Assembly (NCBI GenBank): GCA_030704615.1
Contig: CM060733.1
Span: 13,392,001-13,456,000 of the forward strand
Direction of reading: 5' to 3'
Length of the DNA: 64,000 nucleotides
From: Takakia lepidozioides
Taxonomy: Eukaryota; Plantae; Bryophyta
This document shows positions 61,001 to 64,000 of this stretch, one piece after another. The position numbers were made by a program, and so were the translations under genes. Position 1 is the first letter of the stretch. Each line of letters opens with the position of its first letter. The notes under the pieces were generated by a model. That model saw nothing but the letters and a program-made list of their open reading frames with translations. It did not search any database and was not told the origin of the DNA.

Positions 61001-63240
61001 CAAGATCATGGTCTTCAATGGCCAGGCTGATCGTAGATTCATCTTCAACCAGCAGGAAATTGAGATTGTGAAATCATACCGGTACCTGGGTCTGGTTATC
61101 CACTCCCCCAAGTTTCACTTTGCAGCCACTGCCTTGGATAGATTGACTAAAGGTAAGGCGGCCTCCGTCCGCCTTCAGGCCAAATGCAAGCAAATACAGC
61201 TGCGGCATCCCCCGACCAAAAAGTGGCTGTTTCACACCATCGTCAGCCCTGCTACCATCTATGGTTGTGAGTTCTGGGCACCTGGTGTCCCTGTCTCCTG
61301 GTGGGAAAAGAATTTGGAACCATTACAGTCATCTTTTCTCCAAGCAATGCTTGGCGCCAGGAGCACAACTCCATCTCAGATCCTAGGTGCAGAGTTCGCA
61401 TGTGTACCATTGCAATCTGAGGCCCTCTTCCGGCTTACAATCTTTCTCCATAGATTGCAGGCCCTTCCACCCAAAGGGCTAGTGGCAAGGGCCCTCACAA
61501 CATCTATGAGGCTCAAAGCTGCAGGTTTCAGGAACTCCTGGTATGCTCGAGTGGACAGTTTATTTCAACGTAACGGACTTTCTACTGCTTTCCTATTACC
61601 AATGAATCCAGATGAGGTGGACATCACATCCAGACATGACCGCAACAGACTCATTAGGAGAGAGCTTATGGAATTACATGTCAAGAGAACTTGGAAGCTA
61701 CCCAATCTCACGACAAAGCTCCACTTCTATCGAGAGACATTCTTGGTGCTCCGCGATGATAGAATCTTGAGACCAAATTACCTTTCAGCACCCTTATCTC
61801 CTTCCCTCCTGAGGGCATTTGGGCGGTTCAGGGTGGGTTCCCACAACCTACGGATAGAGACTGGCAGATGGGAAAACCTGCAATGGGAGGACCGCCTATG
61901 TTCAGCTTGCATAGGGCGCAGCAAGGAAATTGAAACTGAAGAACACTTCTTCTTCTACTGCCCTCTATACTACGAGATCCGTGGGAGATTCCACTGAAAC
62001 TCTCACTGATGTCTTCCACTATGAGGATAAAAAATGCTTGGCAGCCTACCTGCACGAGGCCTTCACCCTTAGACAATCGCTAGAACATTAATTGTGGTTT
62101 CTGGATTTGTTCCTCTCTCATGTTTTCTTCCATTTTGTCCCATAAGCTCTATGAGCTTTCCGCGGACGTTATAAAGCACCATTTCATTCATTTCATTTCT
62201 TTCTTTCGGATGTTATAAAGTACAGTACCATTTCATTTCCTGTTTTCTGTTTACCTTTCTCCCATAAGTTCTTTGAGCTTTCCGCAGACATTATCCTCAC
62301 AAGGCTACGGCATACGTTGTCTTATGAGTACGTTTTATCACTCACAGACAGTAAGAGATCACCTCAAGTGTCTGACACATATATGTGAGTGTTTGTGTGT
62401 ATCCTATAGTGTATGCCTGAACAGTTAGAGATGCCAAATAAATGCCCAACAACTGTGTAAAGTTTCCTTTCAAGAATGATTTCACCTGAACTTCACAGCT
62501 TCAAGAGCTCTTTCCATCTCCTCGGAGCAGAGATAAATGTCCTCCATCACCGCCGTGTTGCTTTTGACGTTGGTGAGAATCTCTCCACCATCAACTTCCT
62601 CATCAATAGTGAGACTAATCTGACTGGCTCCACTGGCCCCGACAGAGGCCTCTTCTGTATTTGAAAATTTCAAGGATCAGTAACATGTGAAGAAAACTTC
62701 AAACATCATGCAGTCAGGCTGCTTCAGGATTGGTGGACACGTAAAATCTTGAATGCATGCTGCTCTAGGCACTTATTCTTGTGCTGAAAGAATTAGAGAG
62801 CATCTCTCAACATCTGCACTATCAATAAGTAAAACACATTGGTGATACCTGTGATACTTTCTGAGACTGGAAAACTAGAGTTTGTTGTTACACAAGTCTC
62901 TCTCTCGTCATGATGGTCACCGCTCAAGCTTGGCAATAGATTAGAAGTGCAAGTCTCCAATGCAGATAGAAATTCTTGTGCTTCACGCGGGGTAGCAGCC
63001 CCCACATGTGGGACACTTTTTTTGTCTGCAGGAGTCGTATGAAGTTGGGTCTTCAGAACTGATGCTGGCTTATACGATAAGGGAGTGCTGTCATGGCCCA
63101 CAACCCAGAGTCATATACATATCATGATCTTACCACTTCCACGACATAGAACAGCTGACCATCAAAACAGCAGCTAAACAGTGACACTTAATCACAAACC
63201 TTTGCTCCCATCCGAGGAAGACATAATGCCGAGCTACGTA
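55011..63240 (-). CDS. Hypothetical multi-exon protein, possibly the C-terminal extension of the helicase at 63.5 kb
   Basis: Open exon-like segments ~63090-62850, ~62670-62485, ~57092-56988, 56850-56624, 56553-56475 and 56321-55011, with GT-AG sites. The last three join in phase; one upstream junction does not. Confidence 0.5.
55395..56321 (-). repeat. In-frame coding tandem repeat, 306 bp (102 aa) x3
   Basis: gtccagaatatgtctttttcagat at 55571, 55877 and 56183. No frameshifts. Confidence 0.93.
57930..58200 (+). mobile_element. 3' end of an older LINE related to the element at 58.4-62.2 kb
   Basis: ttcaactatgaggac...tacctgcatgaggcattc matches 62013-62065. Tail ...ggatgtgataaa. Confidence 0.6.
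58405..58764 (+). CDS. LINE ORF1 C-terminal part (RRM/CTD-like)
   Basis: IERAWR...VLFIRF...RDRVL...LRGQGMYLNDDLT pattern typical of LINE ORF1. Confidence 0.7.
   Translation: MKLGSLAEGDPLDAATSLIQQNLALPRGASGIERAWRAKHKVLFIRFKDKGDRDRVLRQRPQLRGQGMYLNDDLTPLQYNAMRVQLLQLKQARAQGHYAVYRDGRVIVREHECRPSSSK
58805..62090 (+). pseudogene. LINE ORF2 (APE endonuclease - reverse transcriptase - CCHC), frameshifted
   Basis: SWNCNG, LETH, VGDFNARTG, SVVDY, DSDH; NYRTI, QAGFR, DFHKAFDSV, GVKQGCPLSP, YADD, YRYLG; RFRVGSHNLRIETGRW...CxxC...H....C. Frameshifts at ~59190, ~59490 and ~59870-60130. Confidence 0.92.
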
Positions 63241-63503
63241 GCATCAGTACAGTATGAGGCAGCCACAATAGACCCAAAAATAGCTGATCCATTCACGGTA
63301 AATATTTAGGGTAGTGCCATTTTCTCCCCACCTCTCACACACCGTAAGCAAAATGGAGGTTGATTATTAACACAAAGCACCTTTGGGCTGGAATAGAACT
63401 CAAGCCAACAGAAACCCTGTGTACCTGAATTTAGGGATTTGCAAACAGTTGGTCCCAGTGTTGTGAAATTGACTTAAACATGCTCACTACAGTGGTCACA
63501 TAC

Positions 63504-63659
63504 CTTCTGACATTTCGCAAGAGCTGCGCCCATAGGGTATCCTTTTGGAGATTAGCAGCCTTTCCGATGATGATAAGGTGGTGGCGTGCCCTTGTGAGTG
63601 CCACATTAAGCCGATGGGGAGACGCCACAAACCCAACACCATTCGTCCGGCAGCAAGAC
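63504..63659 (-). CDS. C-terminal exon of an SF1 DNA2/NAM7-family helicase (ZGRF1-like)
   Basis: SCCRTNGVGFVASPHRLNVALTRARHHLIIIG...LW (motif VI), flanked by AG/GT. Remainder of the gene is upstream, outside the window. Confidence 0.75.
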
Positions 63660-64000
63660 CTGCCACGGCTACCACTCCTCAAAAGGTTGACATAAGAGCA
63701 TCTCAACAAATAGCAACTCTTTGCAAAGCACTAGATAATAGAGTTCTAAAGATCACTTCATCTCCTATTGCATACAACTTTGTGGTAGACAGCACATGCA
63801 AGCATCCTATCTTTGATCCTCCAATCATTCCAGAGCTATACATGACCATTGGCATGCCCCTTTGACAACTTACTTGAATCCCACTTCGCCCAAGTCCTGT
63901 AAAAGACGGTCGGGGGGGGGTGGGGGGGTGGGTTTGGGGTGGGGAAGTAGACTGGTGTGGTAGTCAAACAGACCAATGGAGCAAATTTTGATTGTATAGA

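Larger units (their letters stand above)
58364..62200 (+). mobile_element. Near full-length RTE/RTEX-like LINE in an intron, antisense to the host gene
   Basis: ORF1 plus frameshifted ORF2. 3' UTR with aagctc-tat-gagctt hairpin and (CATTT)n tail. Confidence 0.9.

Overview
Nuclear DNA of a land plant, probably a non-seed plant (bryophyte-like). This is inferred from GT-AG introns, PLS-class PPR sequences and RTE/RTEX-type LINEs. Two host genes look intact: a BRH1/RHA/XERICO-type RING-H2 E3 ligase (15318-15929, +) and a 5-exon mitochondrial CBSX3-like gene (50513-52345, -). On the right are a C-terminal SF1 (ZGRF1/DNA2-NAM7-like) helicase exon and an unknown multi-exon gene with 3 x 102-aa in-frame repeats, which carries a near full-length LINE in an intron. 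The rest is mobile or rearranged DNA. (i) The right part of a Mutator-like element (1-8032) encodes a zinc-finger...Ulp1 (C48) protease and is studded with a short CAGACTG motif, reminiscent of VANDAL elements. (ii) A CACTA element (23663-~37130) has an essentially intact Tnp2 transposase, head-to-head with a TnpA-like gene that has integrated an FCP1/NIF HAD-phosphatase domain. (iii) A mosaic of PPR-gene fragments in both orientations spans 18.6-44.8 kb, with two PPR-derived tandem arrays and a captured UGT fragment. (iv) There are hAT MITEs with 8-bp TSDs and a TTAA-flanked piggyBac-like MITE. All calls are by eye; no searches were run.
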